Virus record (IMG/VR): IMGVR_UViG_3300033141_003168
Span: 32,001 to 96,000 of that record
Direction: 5' to 3' (one strand)
DNA: 64,000 bases
From: a virus
In this document: positions 32,162 through 43,736 of the stretch, in pieces
Layout: every line of letters starts with the position of its first letter
Position numbering within the stretch: the stretch's first letter is position 1
The notes under the pieces: generated by a model
Told to the model about the DNA's origin: nothing
Database searches by the model: none
The model's input: the letters and a program-made list of their open reading frames with translations, nothing else
Position numbers and translations under genes: made by a program

Positions 32162-32542
32162 ATGAACGTGCAAGAACACACGATTTTTATTAACCATGAA
32201 TTCAGGTATGACTTGGTTGAGATTATGTTGAGGCGCACTACAAGGTATCCGGCGAATCCCAACCTGACGCAAAGCGAGTTTGCGCGAGTTAAAGATGAGA
32301 ATGGCAGACTGGAATATGTTAAAACGAACGAAGGAAGAAAAGTTCCGGCTCTGCTCGCACTCACACAGGAGGAACTACTTGCGTTGTATGAAGCACTCAC
32401 GGAATACATGAACTGCAAGGGGATTCAAACAACACCGGAGTCAACGATGCGAGGTCAGCTTGAAAGAACTGGTGTGCACCTTAAAGATATGCGAAGGATA
32501 GCCTTTAAGCAGTTGGGAATGGCAGAGGGTGAGGTAACGTGA
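32162..32542 (+). CDS. hypothetical phage protein
   Basis: GGAGG RBS, 126 aa, 'HLKDMR' C-terminal motif. Confidence 0.55.
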   Translation: MNVQEHTIFINHEFRYDLVEIMLRRTTRYPANPNLTQSEFARVKDENGRLEYVKTNEGRKVPALLALTQEELLALYEALTEYMNCKGIQTTPESTMRGQLERTGVHLKDMRRIAFKQLGMAEGEVT

Positions 32543-33493
32543 AAAATACCGAAGACGAATTACGAGACAGGCTGCAAAGTTTTGTTGGTATGAAAAATAC
32601 GGGAACCACTCACCACCTGATTAAAAGGACAACGGAAGTTCTTTTGGAGGAACGCGGGGTCGTTACCGACGAAAATGTGGTTGAAAGTTCCCAAGACGAG
32701 GAGAATGAAAACGAATGAGTTACAGTAGCTTACAACACAGCACTAAAGGTACGAGGGTGGCAATCGTACGGCGACGCGCTAAAAAACGCGCACAGCGGCA
32801 ACGGAGGCTGTCTGCTCAAAGGGCAGAGGCTAATGCTATGAGTGATGGACTGACCTCTAAAGGACAACGCCTCAATTCAACATCGCATTTTAAAGCATTA
32901 CGACACCTAAACGTCATAGGAAAGCCGAGGGTGAGGTCGTGAAGTTTAAATTCGACGGCAAACTTACAGACACAGAGAAGAAGTCGGTTCGCGCGCAAGT
33001 CTGACCACAGAGGGAATAGATATTCTGGATATGAATTTTTGTTTTCGAGTTTGTGGAAAAGTTTTTTTGGCTCGAAAAATTTGTATCGAAGACAAACTTG
33101 TAAATCACATTCTTGATTTTAGTTTAACAGCCGTGATTAGAATTCCTTTGCAAAACGATGTTTATAAAAATGTAGAATCGACGAGTGAAAAATTGACATG
33201 TAAAAATTGCGATGTTCATCACACTTGTAAATTTGTGGCTACGTATGAACCAGACATTCGCGGAGAGGAATTTTGCAATTATCAACCTGATGACTGTCCA
33301 AGATTAAAGGGGTGAAACTAAATGGCAGATAAATGTCCCAAGTGCGGTAAGACTTTTAGAGTGTACGCAGAATTCAAAGACCACGTATGCGAAGTTGAGA
33401 AAACGGCAATGGTAGACAAAGCACCTGATCCTAAGACTGAAGAGGCAGATGGATCGGAAGGAAATGAAGTTGTGAAATAATTATAACTTGATT

Positions 33494-33522
33494 TTGACAT
33501 ACGGGTAGGGTTAAGTTATCAT
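33494..33522 (+). promoter_or_regulatory. sigma70-type promoter
   Basis: TTGACA-17 bp-TATCAT upstream of the ORF at 33548. Confidence 0.7.
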
Positions 33523-33813
33523 TTGATAGTGAAGGGGTGGTGAAGGGGTGGTGAATGATGAGTCAGTCCGGCGAGTATTAAACTCATTTCGATTAACAAA
33601 CTCTTTTGTTCTTGTTTCAACTTCCACTTCCATTTCTAACGGCAGGCGAAATCGCCAACTCCTTGTAGTCAAAGATTGGGAAAATAATGTACCTGTATCG
33701 AAAGAAGAACTCAGAAAAGCGTTTGCAATTTTGGAACGCTCCCTGGGAGTAACATTCAGACCGAAACGAGTACAACCGGATTACCCGAGTGAAAAGAAAT
33801 AGTCAGAATAAAT

Positions 33814-33842
33814 CTTCCGGTCATTAGTACCGGGATTTTTTT
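33814..33842 (+). terminator. probable intrinsic terminator
   Basis: TTCCGGT-cattagt-ACCGGGA stem followed by a T run. Confidence 0.55.
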
Positions 33843-34365
33843 GTATAATCATGAAAGGGACAAAAATCAGAATGGCAAAAAATACCGCAAAACCTAAAAA
33901 GTGGAAACCTTTTAAACTAAAAGCAGGAGAAATTCTTTTATGCGGAGATAAAAATCGGGAAGTCGCGGTCAGGTTTACAGCACTTGGCGATATTCAAGTC
34001 AGGACGAGACGCCGTGCCTGTTGGCCCGGTACATGGGCAAATGTGCTTAAACATTTACGTAGTGAAATTTTTATCGAAGAAGGAAAGCGAAAACGGCGTT
34101 CTACAAAAACTACTGAAGAAGCGTTGAAAACATTAATTGAGTTTGAGGAACTAAGCATCAGAAGGATTGATGCAGTTGCAGTTGCAATCGTTGAACAGTG
34201 TCCCTGTTGCGATAACGGGAAGCATCGAAAGGAAGCGAAAAAAATTATTAACCCGGTAGTGAAGACATCAAGATTCGGCATAAGACGCACGTTATATCAA
34301 CGTACTTACAGTTTAATGGATGCATAAGCAGACTGTTGTTTTTTCATGGGAAATTAAGGTATAAA

Positions 34366-34392
34366 AAACTACTACGGTTTCCGTAGTAATTA
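34366..34392. repeat. 27-bp palindromic element, copy 7
   Basis: AAACTACTACGG-TTT-CCGTAGTAATTA, intergenic. Confidence 0.9.
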
Positions 34393-35850
34393 AATGAAAG
34401 GGTCAACATGATGGAAGAGATCACACAAGAGCAAGGGGATTTTTACGGCGAGGTAATTTTGTTGGCAAAAAGTTTGATTGCGTTGATACCGAATGAGGTT
34501 CTTGAGATTACGTTAAAGGGGTTGCGGAAACAATATACGATAATGCCTTACCAAAACCCAACGGCGTGGAAAGAAGGAGGCCAGGAAAAACTCGAAAAAG
34601 AAATTGCAAGTTGCCTTGCACTAATCGAATATCGCAACAGGTTAGTAAATCTCGGTATGATATTATCTTCAGACAAAGACATTATAAAATGGAAGGAGGT
34701 GAAGAAAAATATTCAACCCGGTGTTCAAAAGCTTCTGAAGGGGTTCGGCCTAAACACAAAAGAAATATTTGTACAACCGGACAAAGGAGGTTGAAGCGGT
34801 GAAGGTAGGAACTGAGTATCAGTTGTTAGACAGGCTCGACAAAATGATTCCTTGTGGTTACTGTGACAATGAATTTTTTAATGAACCAAAATTGCAAGAT
34901 AAACAATTTGCAGAATGTGCTTTAATTTAAAGAAGTCTTTTTTGATGCAAGATTGATTTGCATAAATGGAAAGGAGTCGAGGATTGGTTGCTTTATATGA
35001 TAAGTGTAAAAGGTGTGACACGAAATCATATTACACTTCACGTCCCGGCCCTTAAAAAAAGAGAAAAGAGGAATCAAGTTATGGATGACGGACGCGGAAA
35101 GTTTATTGAACACAAAGACGAGGCAGATGCCAAAAAGGAAATGGGTAAGAAGTTTCCAAACCGAACTGACAAAACAAGTGGGATATTCAAAGTTGGTGAA
35201 GTTCTGGAAATACGCGGTAGCAGATTCAAGATAGCGTACATCAAATCAAATGGCGGTATGACTCTACGATTACAAAACCGGGAGGAATAATGACAGACTG
35301 GCGCAAAGCAATTATGGAAATTGACGAAGTAGTAGAGCAAGACATTTGTAAAGAGGAACCGAACGATTGGGAGATTGATTTCCTCGACAGCATACGCGAT
35401 TTGGATTTATTATCGTCGAAACAAGAATCAAAACTTAATGATATTTATGAGAAAGTTACGAGGTGCTAAATATGAGTAATAACCTGACAGTGGCAGAATT
35501 GAAACGACTGCTCGTACCCGGTAAAAAATTAATTCTGTTGTCAAATTGGGAAGGAGACGAACCACGCAAAAGGAAAGTCAAGTGGGTAACCCCGACCTTC
35601 GTTTTCTTTACAGGCGATGGGATAGAAGATACATCAAGGCTTCGCTGGCCCAAAGCAAAGAATTTGGAAAAGACGGGCGACGGATTTAAAATATTACATC
35701 CCCTCAATAAGGTTGGTGCAGTTTACCAGTGGGTAAAGACGACCGGTGCGCATCATTAAACTGATTCGTTTACTTGAAAGAAGAGGGCAAGGTCGCATTT
35801 AATAAAGTGAACGAAGACATCTGGAAAATTATTAAGAGAGGAGCGTCAAA

Positions 35851-36366
35851 ATGTCAAAAAGGAAAATTAAATCTATTATTGTACATCATTCAGTAAGTAG
35901 GTGGGGAGATGGTGCGGTTATTAAACACTGGCACCAAGACAAAAAGCCACAAGGAAACGGGTGGAAACATCCGGGGTATCACGTTGTTATCTGCAACGGA
36001 TTTCCTAATTATTATACTTTTAGGCACGGAGTGCTTAATCGTGCGGCAGATGGGCGCGTAGACCGCATCTGGACTGAATCACAAAGTACTAATGGTTGCA
36101 AATATGCAAACATGAACGCATTACACGTTTGTATGATTGGCGACTTCGATAGTTACGAGCCTACGGAGAATCAAATGAAAAAGTTAATTGACTTACTTAC
36201 TTTCTGGTGCAAGAAATATAAACTCGATCCGCAGAAAGATATTTATGGACACGGTGAAATGCAAAAGAAAATTGGCAAGGAAGGATACTCAAAAACTTGT
36301 CCCGGTAAAAATGTTGATATGGATGTAATTAGAAATTTAGTTTTTGCCGAAAGACACTGGTTTTAG
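35851..36366 (+). CDS. N-acetylmuramoyl-L-alanine amidase (Amidase_2, endolysin)
   Basis: 'IIVHHS', 'GYH', 'VCMIGDF', 'GHGE...KTCPG' Zn ligands. Confidence 0.9.
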   Translation: MSKRKIKSIIVHHSVSRWGDGAVIKHWHQDKKPQGNGWKHPGYHVVICNGFPNYYTFRHGVLNRAADGRVDRIWTESQSTNGCKYANMNALHVCMIGDFDSYEPTENQMKKLIDLLTFWCKKYKLDPQKDIYGHGEMQKKIGKEGYSKTCPGKNVDMDVIRNLVFAERHWF

Positions 36367-36407
36367 AATTGCAAAGATTATTATAAACGAAAGGAGCAAA
36401 ATGAAGC

Positions 36408-37229
36408 ATGGCACCAAATAAAAAGATCATTCCGAAAATATACATGATGATCGGCAATGTAGGATCGGGTAAAAGTGATCTCGCTCGCCACCTGTGTAAG
36501 AAATACGGCGCAGTGAGGGTTTGTATGGATGACATCGTTATGATGGTTCACGGCGAGTACGGCAGGTATGAAAAAAAGTGTAAGAACATGTACCATGCAG
36601 TCGAGATAGAAGTGATAGAAACGGCAGTCAAAAAAGGATTCGATGTAGTGATTGATCGAACAAATCTGGACTTAGCAGGCAGGGCGCGATTCATGTTGCT
36701 TGCAAAGTCGCTTCGAGCCGAAGTGATCGGATACCTTTTCCCCACAATGTTAGATGTAGTACCGGAAGTGCTCTTAAAACGGCGTATGAAAAATCCTCGT
36801 GGCAAAACTCGAAGTCAATGGATTTCTATAATCAATAAGCAGGCAATGGCTTATGAAGTCCCGACGATAGATGAGGGCTTCAAAGAGATCGTTGATGTTG
36901 CCGACGACTGCCAGTTTTTTGCAGTTGACTTTGACGGCACGATTGCAAAGGACAGCAACGGTTACCCGGCACCCGGCACCACTAATGATGATGTAATTGC
37001 GGCAATGCGAAAATTTTGGTACGAGTCGATTCAACACCGAATCATATTATGGACTTGCAGACATGATGATGCACTTTCGATTGCACTACAATTTATGCGA
37101 GAAAATAAGATTCCTTATGACTATGTCAACGAAAATCCACACTGGGAAGGCGGGAGCAGAAAAGTGTTTGCACACGCCTATCTCGATGATAGGAACATGG
37201 CCTTCGCATTAAACGAAGGCGAGGAGTAA
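36408..37229 (+). CDS. P-loop kinase fused to HAD phosphatase (polynucleotide kinase/phosphatase-like)
   Basis: 'GNVGSGKS', 'IDRTN', then 'AVDFDGT', 'LWTCR', 'YLDDR'. Confidence 0.8.
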   Translation: MAPNKKIIPKIYMMIGNVGSGKSDLARHLCKKYGAVRVCMDDIVMMVHGEYGRYEKKCKNMYHAVEIEVIETAVKKGFDVVIDRTNLDLAGRARFMLLAKSLRAEVIGYLFPTMLDVVPEVLLKRRMKNPRGKTRSQWISIINKQAMAYEVPTIDEGFKEIVDVADDCQFFAVDFDGTIAKDSNGYPAPGTTNDDVIAAMRKFWYESIQHRIILWTCRHDDALSIALQFMRENKIPYDYVNENPHWEGGSRKVFAHAYLDDRNMAFALNEGEE

Positions 37230-37479
37230 AGCTATGGGCTGTGTGATTAAGTGTAAGTGTGGTTACGCCGTAAACGCCCGCGAAGGTATGTGTCCTTTCT
37301 GTAAAAGGCAATTTGCGGTGCGACAGGAGTTGCCTTTTGAGTTCGAGCCCGTTGTGTTTTTCAATAAGTGCGAAACTTGTAATTTCGGCAACGGCAAAGG
37401 TGAGAAGCGTAGATGTTCAGTGTTCAGGGAAATGTGTTTTAAAATAACTAAAAATTGCACAGTCCACAACAAAATAAAA

Positions 37480-37506
37480 TAATTACAACGGTTTCCGTAG
37501 TAATTA
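37480..37506. repeat. 27-bp palindromic element, copy 8
   Basis: TAATTACAACGG-TTT-CCGTAGTAATTA; its TAA is the upstream stop codon. Confidence 0.9.
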
Positions 37507-37528
37507 AAAAATAAGGAGGACTTAAAAA

Positions 37529-38806
37529 ATGATCGACACCAAAATTTGTAATGGAGGAATTAAACTTGTCAGTCAGCAAATTAAGTGGGCTGATTCGGTC
37601 ACGGTTGGTTTGTGGATTCCGCGAGGTAGTTTTCACGAAAAGTCATTTGAGGAATATGGGGCGCACCATTTTATAGAACACATGTTATTCAAAGGCACGA
37701 CGACTAAATCTGCCGAAGATATTACTCGCACTATTGAATCCAGCGGCGGTACTGTGAACGCATTTACTGGGAACGAATATACATGTTACCACATTACGAT
37801 CTTGAAGCAGTATTGCTCGCTTGCACTCGACATACTGCTTGATATGTATTTCAACTCGACGTTTCCCGAAGATGAGTTTGAGAAAGAAAAGAACGTTGTA
37901 CTTGAAGAAATCAAACGTCGAAAAGATGACCCCGGTATTTTTGTTCAGGATTCGGCAATAATGTCTAACTACGATGGAGTGTGTGGGCACCGTGTGGTCG
38001 GAACGAATGAGAGCATAAGGATAATGTCTCGAAAGTTTTTGCTTGAGTTTTACAAACATTCCTACAAGTCTGAAGAGATGATAGTTAGTTTTGTCGGCAA
38101 TCTACCTGCTGACGAAGTACAAGACATCATCGAAACCTCTTGCAATAAACTTACTTTTAAGGATCACCGGTCTTCAATTTCATCTGCTGAAGGTGCCTTC
38201 ATTCCGCAGGTAAAAGTTTTAACGCGGGACGTAGAGCAGACATACTTGGTTATGCTATCTCAAGGGGTCTCATTTATAAATGAGGATCGACCGACGCTCT
38301 GGTTGATCGACGCCATCTTGGGTACCGGGATGAGTAGTAAACTGTTTCTCGAAATTCGTGAATGCCTTGGCCTTGTTTACACCATCTACAGTTTTGCGTG
38401 GGAATTCAAGAGCTTTGGGATGTTTGGGATTCAGGCGCAAACGGGGAAGGACAGATTTGAGCAAACGATCTCAAAGACAGTAAACGTCTTAAATAAACTC
38501 GCTATCGAAGGAGTCAGCGACATAGATATTGACAGAGCAAAAACGATGATGGTGTCTCAGATTTTAATGGGCGATGAAAAGCTTTACAGTCTGTTTTACC
38601 AGTTGGGCGAAGGAGCCGTACTTGGTAAGAATTTTGAAAGCGGCGAACTTGTTGATTTAGTTGAACGAGTAACGCCGAAGATGATTTCGGAAATGTTAAA
38701 ACAAATCGCACGGCCTAAAAAATTCGGAGTGACAGTGATGGGTAGCTACGATGATAAAGAGGCAGAGAAACTTGCAGGAGTGGTTGAAAACATTATTGGC
38801 GGCTGA
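37529..38806 (+). CDS. M16 (pitrilysin/insulinase) zinc peptidase
   Basis: Inverted zincin 'HFIEH', 'NAFT', 'EKNVVLEE', 'SSKLFLEIRE..GLVY'. Confidence 0.92.
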   Translation: MIDTKICNGGIKLVSQQIKWADSVTVGLWIPRGSFHEKSFEEYGAHHFIEHMLFKGTTTKSAEDITRTIESSGGTVNAFTGNEYTCYHITILKQYCSLALDILLDMYFNSTFPEDEFEKEKNVVLEEIKRRKDDPGIFVQDSAIMSNYDGVCGHRVVGTNESIRIMSRKFLLEFYKHSYKSEEMIVSFVGNLPADEVQDIIETSCNKLTFKDHRSSISSAEGAFIPQVKVLTRDVEQTYLVMLSQGVSFINEDRPTLWLIDAILGTGMSSKLFLEIRECLGLVYTIYSFAWEFKSFGMFGIQAQTGKDRFEQTISKTVNVLNKLAIEGVSDIDIDRAKTMMVSQILMGDEKLYSLFYQLGEGAVLGKNFESGELVDLVERVTPKMISEMLKQIARPKKFGVTVMGSYDDKEAEKLAGVVENIIGG

Positions 38807-38836
38807 TATATCGCCTGAATAAAAAGGAGAATAACG

Positions 38837-39796
38837 ATGAAAGATACTAACGGAAACGAACATCCCGAAGTGGATGAAAAGGTCAGGGAGGGTTTAGATA
38901 AGATCGAGGAGAGCATTGCGGAGTCAGTTTCTTATTATGTCTTTGCTCAGAAATCGTGGTTCAAAATCAGGCGGTGGTTCTATGTCAGGAAGTGTTGGTT
39001 GAAATTGATATGGGCTTTGTTTTTGAAAAAGCGCAAAGGTTATATCAAAACCTTCACGATTCCGAAAATCAGCAGTGGTAATCACCTTGAGTATAAAGTC
39101 GTACCAGTTCTCGCCACCGCTGCTGAGTATATTGAAATAGATTTCAAATTAACTAAGGAAAGGGATAAAAGAACTATGAATGAATCAATGTACGGAAAGT
39201 TTCCAGTGATAGAAACGATAGACGACGACTTCAAGTGTCCGAAATGTGGTTTTGTTATTACTAAAATATTGTTTGCTGATATAGATACTGGCAAACCGGT
39301 ACCCGGTGAAAAATGCCCGAATTGCAAGATACCTTGGGACTACGTTATTCAAGAAAAGGACTCCAAAATTTTCATTCGCACCTTGAAGGCGTGTATTTCA
39401 GTGATTGAACTAATAATTGTTGAAGGAAAAAGTCCATACGAAATAGTGACCGGCGAACCCTCTGACGATACTGTTGAAATTGAAGATGAACCAAAACCGT
39501 TTCCGAATTACGCTGTGAGTTTTCTAAAGATTGAAGGATCACTTGACGGCGACATAATCAGGACGGTTGAGTTCATTCGAGATAATCAAGTTGCGATTGC
39601 AGTTCATTCGCGTCATAAAGAAAATAATCCTCGTAAGTTCAAGAGTTTTCAGATCGACTTGGATCGTGAGAACCTATTGGAATTAAAGGACTGGGTTGAC
39701 CACACACTTGAGTTTGAGTGTCCTAAGTGCTACAAACAAATTTGGCCGACATTGAAGGACAACAAATGTCCACACTGCGGTGAGATTGTGAGATAG
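38837..39796 (+). CDS. hypothetical protein with two Zn ribbons
   Basis: CPKC...CPNC and CPKC...CPHC. Confidence 0.55.
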   Translation: MKDTNGNEHPEVDEKVREGLDKIEESIAESVSYYVFAQKSWFKIRRWFYVRKCWLKLIWALFLKKRKGYIKTFTIPKISSGNHLEYKVVPVLATAAEYIEIDFKLTKERDKRTMNESMYGKFPVIETIDDDFKCPKCGFVITKILFADIDTGKPVPGEKCPNCKIPWDYVIQEKDSKIFIRTLKACISVIELIIVEGKSPYEIVTGEPSDDTVEIEDEPKPFPNYAVSFLKIEGSLDGDIIRTVEFIRDNQVAIAVHSRHKENNPRKFKSFQIDLDRENLLELKDWVDHTLEFECPKCYKQIWPTLKDNKCPHCGEIVR

Positions 39797-41086
39797 AGGA
39801 GAACCATGAAAAAAATTATTTTAACGTGTGGCTGTGGTTCAACGTCGTTCGAACAAATGACAGTTGAACCTGAACCAATATTACGCAAAGAACGAATTAT
39901 CTTTAAATGTCTACAGTGTGGTGAACTTGCGGAATTAAAACACGGTATGATTTATAAAGCAGGCGATGTTCATTATTATTACGAAGAAGAACTAAAAGAC
40001 GAGTTTAAGTTAGAATGGGAATTTAATCCTTGGTAAAGTGGTGATTCGTGTACGTTAAACTTATCAATATCGGAGTCCCCAATATATACACTGACATTAT
40101 GTGCAGGTCGTGCCACACCGTTCCTTGGGTTTCATGCGCCTGTGTTTCGTGTATGATGAGGTTTGGGACGTTAAAGGTTATTAGGGCCGTCCCTTTGAAA
40201 CTAATTGTTTACAGGGAGCGTTTCGGCAATAATGATTTATTTGTAACATACACACCGAACATCGTTGATCCACACGATCTTGTACCACGGTTAATGTGGG
40301 AAACGTCGGAGTACGAGTTATACAAATACACAGGAACGAGGTTGAGGATATAATCATGGCAAAAGTACCACTACCTGAAAGAGAAGGCGGCAGGCAATGG
40401 AAATTCAAACATAGTCAGTTTCAAATCGACTTACATGGTTTTCTTTGTAAGAATCCCGGCGTAACATTTGGAAAGATCGTTGACTTCTTTTTCGAGAGCG
40501 ATGCACATTACAAAGGACAGTCGCGCGATAAACTAAAATTCAGTATCAGGACGCGCATTGAAACAATGTACTGCCGCAGTATCATTGATTACGAGGCGTT
40601 CAAAGCGAAACGCCATCACTGGGCCTTAGACGAAAAAGGAAAGAGGATATTATGAAGGAGAGTTTAACATTTCAAGACATCGAGAATATTAAGCATTGGT
40701 ACAAAGTCAAAAGCGGCGAAAGCAGTTGTGAGGTCGAGGAGATTGGTACGTTATTGAAGTTCGGTATTCGTGACCGGGTTCGTCATGGAAGAAAATTTAA
40801 GCATGATTGTAAAATGTGTATCTTCCTTGGGCCTGAAAGTAAAGATGGCGATCCAATCCTTGCCGATTATGATGTTTTCTATTGCACTGGCACTGGTAGT
40901 CTTGTAATAAGGTTCGGCAGCAACGGGCCTGACTACTGGAGTGGCAAACCTTCTGAACTTGAATTTATTATAGAACAGATGAAAAAGAACAACGCTCTTC
41001 CACAACAAGTTAAAATTTTTGGGCGAGCACTTCTTTTATTTTCCAAGACCGGAATTGAGGAAGAGAAAGGGGGATGGATTAGCCTA

Positions 41087-41115
41087 TTTACAAGTAAACA
41101 AAAATAGTCTATAAT
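41087..41115 (+). promoter_or_regulatory. sigma70-type promoter in the IS left end
   Basis: TTTACA-17 bp-TATAAT. Confidence 0.7.
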
Positions 41116-41725
41116 GTACAATATGAATACTTATACTGTTACGGAAGCTGCAAAAAGACTGAACAGGTCCGTGGGCACTTTGCAAAGATGGGACAGGCAG
41201 GGAGTCCTGAAGGCTAATAGGACTAAAACCAATCGCAGGTACTACACCGAAAAGCAGCTAAGAGAGTTTCTTGGAATTGACGTTTCTGCTGAAAGCAAGC
41301 GTGTCGTCGCCTATTGCCGCGTATCTTCTCAAGCGCAAAGGCCGGATTTAAAGAACCAACGTTCTGTCATAGAAGATTTCTGTATAGCTAAAGGACTCGC
41401 CAATGTTGATTATATAACGGAGATAGGCGGGGGATTAAACCTCAAGAGAAAAAAGTTTCTAGAAATAATAGACGACATTTGTTCTGGGAAAATCTCCCAC
41501 CTCGTAATTGCGCATAAAGATCGGCTATGTAGATTTGGATTTGATTTAATACTACATCTATGTAAAAAAAACGATTGCGAAATATTGATTCTTAACAGCG
41601 AGAAATTAAGTCCCGAACAGGAGATGGTTCAAGACTTAATGACGATAGTGCATACTTTTTCGAGCCGATTATACGGATTAAGGAACTATAAGAAATCTTT
41701 GAAAGAAGCATTAAGCCAAAAATGA
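41114..41725 (+). CDS. tnpA: IS607 transposase (MerR HTH plus serine recombinase)
   Basis: 'TLQRWDR...RRYY', 'YCRVSS', 'AHKDRLCRFGF', 'FSSRLYG'. Confidence 0.93.
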   Translation: MYNMNTYTVTEAAKRLNRSVGTLQRWDRQGVLKANRTKTNRRYYTEKQLREFLGIDVSAESKRVVAYCRVSSQAQRPDLKNQRSVIEDFCIAKGLANVDYITEIGGGLNLKRKKFLEIIDDICSGKISHLVIAHKDRLCRFGFDLILHLCKKNDCEILILNSEKLSPEQEMVQDLMTIVHTFSSRLYGLRNYKKSLKEALSQK

Positions 41726-42891
41726 TCTTAGCGCATAAAATACAACTTGACCCCACGGTGAAGCAGAAAATTTATTTTAACCAAGCCTGCGGGACGGCAA
41801 GATTTGTATGGAACTGGGCTTTAGAGGAATGGAATAAGCAATATAAATCCGGAAAAAAACCAAACGCTAATTCTTTAAAGAAAAAATTTAATGTATTGAA
41901 GTACAAGGAATACCCGTGGATAAAAGATATTCACCGAGATGCCCATTCCCAACCATTCGCAAATCTCCAAAAGGCCTTCAATGGATTTTTTAAAAAGAAA
42001 TCAAAATACCCAAAATTCAAAAAGAAAGGAAAACGCGATTCATTCTATGTCGCGAACGATAAGTTTAGGATCAATGACAAGGAAATAAGACTTCCCAAAA
42101 TAGGGTGGGTTAGGCTTACCGAAGCTCTTCGCTTCGAAGGCAAGGTGACATCTGCCGTCGTCTCCCGCAAAGCCGACAAGTGGTACGTATCGGTAATGGT
42201 GGACGTGGGAGATTATGTAAAACCCAGAAATAAAAATGGAATAATAGGAATAGACTTGGGGCTTATTAACTTTGCCACATTATCTACGGGGGAAAAAATA
42301 AAAGCACCTAAACCATTAAAGCGTAATTTAAAAAGACTTCAGAAGCTATCCAAGAATCATTCGAGAAAACAAAAGGGTTCAAAAAATAGAAATAAATCCG
42401 CTATGAAATTAGCAAGACTTCATGCAAAAATTTCAAACATAAGAATTGATTTTATTCACAAGCTAACGACGAGACTCTGTAACGAGAACCAAGTTATAGT
42501 AATAGAGGGATTAGCTGTGAGTAATATGATAAAGAACCACAGATTAAGTAGGGCGATAAATGATGTCGGATGGTATGAATTCCGTAGGCAATTGGCATAT
42601 AAGAGCCTAATTTACGAAACTAATTTAATAGTAGCCAACAGGTTCATGCCCTCATCGAAGATATGTAGTAACTGCGGAATCGTAAAGAAGACTCTTTTCT
42701 TGTCAGAGAGAGTTTATAAATGTGACAAATGCGGAGTCGAGATTGATAGAGATATTAATGCCGCGAAAAATTTACATACCCTCGGCTTGAGGGAAATTCA
42801 AGCCTGTGGAGAGAATGTAAGACCTGCTATTTTAGAGGCAGTTTTTGGTGAAACAGGAACTAAATCGTGTTCACTTGTGAGCACAAATTAG
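41722..42891 (+). CDS. tnpB: RNA-guided endonuclease TnpB
   Basis: RuvC triad 'GIDLG', 'VIEGL', 'DRDINAA'; Zn finger CSNC/CDKC. Confidence 0.93.
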   Translation: MILAHKIQLDPTVKQKIYFNQACGTARFVWNWALEEWNKQYKSGKKPNANSLKKKFNVLKYKEYPWIKDIHRDAHSQPFANLQKAFNGFFKKKSKYPKFKKKGKRDSFYVANDKFRINDKEIRLPKIGWVRLTEALRFEGKVTSAVVSRKADKWYVSVMVDVGDYVKPRNKNGIIGIDLGLINFATLSTGEKIKAPKPLKRNLKRLQKLSKNHSRKQKGSKNRNKSAMKLARLHAKISNIRIDFIHKLTTRLCNENQVIVIEGLAVSNMIKNHRLSRAINDVGWYEFRRQLAYKSLIYETNLIVANRFMPSSKICSNCGIVKKTLFLSERVYKCDKCGVEIDRDINAAKNLHTLGLREIQACGENVRPAILEAVFGETGTKSCSLVSTN

Positions 42892-42906
42892 AAAGCAGTT
42901 GATTAA

Positions 42907-43512
42907 ATGATAAATGATTTTCCCAATAAAAAATATCAAATAATCTATGCCGATCCACCGTGGAGTTATCGGGATAAAGCGTTGGCGGGAAATAGAGGCG
43001 CATGCTTTAAATATCAGACACAAGACAAAGAATGGATTGACAATTTACCCGTTAAAGATATTGCCGCTGATGATTGTGTATTATTTCTATGGGTAACAAT
43101 GCCAAAATTGAATGAGTGTTGGGAACTTATAGAGAAATGGGGTTTTGAATACAAAACAGTTGCTTTTACATGGGTTAAGAGAAATAAGAAAAAACCTACA
43201 TGGTTCTGGGGTATGGGATGTTGGACAAGAGCTAATTCAGAAGTGTGTTTATTGGCAACGAGAGGAAAACCAAAAAGAATAAATGCCGGTGTTCATTCCG
43301 TGATAGACACACCAATCGAGGGACATTCTGTAAAACCGGATTTAGTCCGCGAAAGGATTGTAAAACTTATGGGTGACATGTCGCGCATAGAATTATTTGC
43401 GCGTAATAGAACAAAGGGTTGGGATGTATGGGGAGATGATGTTCTCCCCAAAATAAAAGAAACTCCCATGAAAAGAAGGTTTTCTCGCACTCTATATTGT
43501 TCAAGGAGATGA
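42907..43512 (+). CDS. MT-A70 family adenine methyltransferase
   Basis: 'IYADPPW', 'LFLWVT', 'HSVKP', 'IELFAR...GWDVWG'. Confidence 0.9.
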   Translation: MINDFPNKKYQIIYADPPWSYRDKALAGNRGACFKYQTQDKEWIDNLPVKDIAADDCVLFLWVTMPKLNECWELIEKWGFEYKTVAFTWVKRNKKKPTWFWGMGCWTRANSEVCLLATRGKPKRINAGVHSVIDTPIEGHSVKPDLVRERIVKLMGDMSRIELFARNRTKGWDVWGDDVLPKIKETPMKRRFSRTLYCSRR

Positions 43513-43736
43513 GTAATTAAATGACAATAAAACAAAAATCAAAGATACCTGATTGGACGTATTATTTTCTAAAATTGTGCACGTCTTTAGTTAAAGGAAT
43601 TGAAAATTCGTTTTCTAAAAAATGTTCCGAAGAAAAAAACACGGCTAAAACCAACTGATAGCAAAAGGGTGTCGGAAGCCACCCATCGCATATCAAATTA
43701 TCAATACTAATAAGTAAGAAAGGTTCATAGAGAAAA

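Larger units (their letters stand above)
41073..42898 (+). mobile_element. IS607-family insertion sequence
   Basis: tnpA plus tnpB. Ends inferred to within a few nt, from a G run at the left and ...AAAGCAG at the right; joining the flanks restores an RBS for the downstream gene. Confidence 0.85.

Noticed and set aside
41073-42898. IS607 as an IStron (group I intron fusion)
   Set aside because: Only about 40 nt precede tnpA, leaving no room for an intron core.
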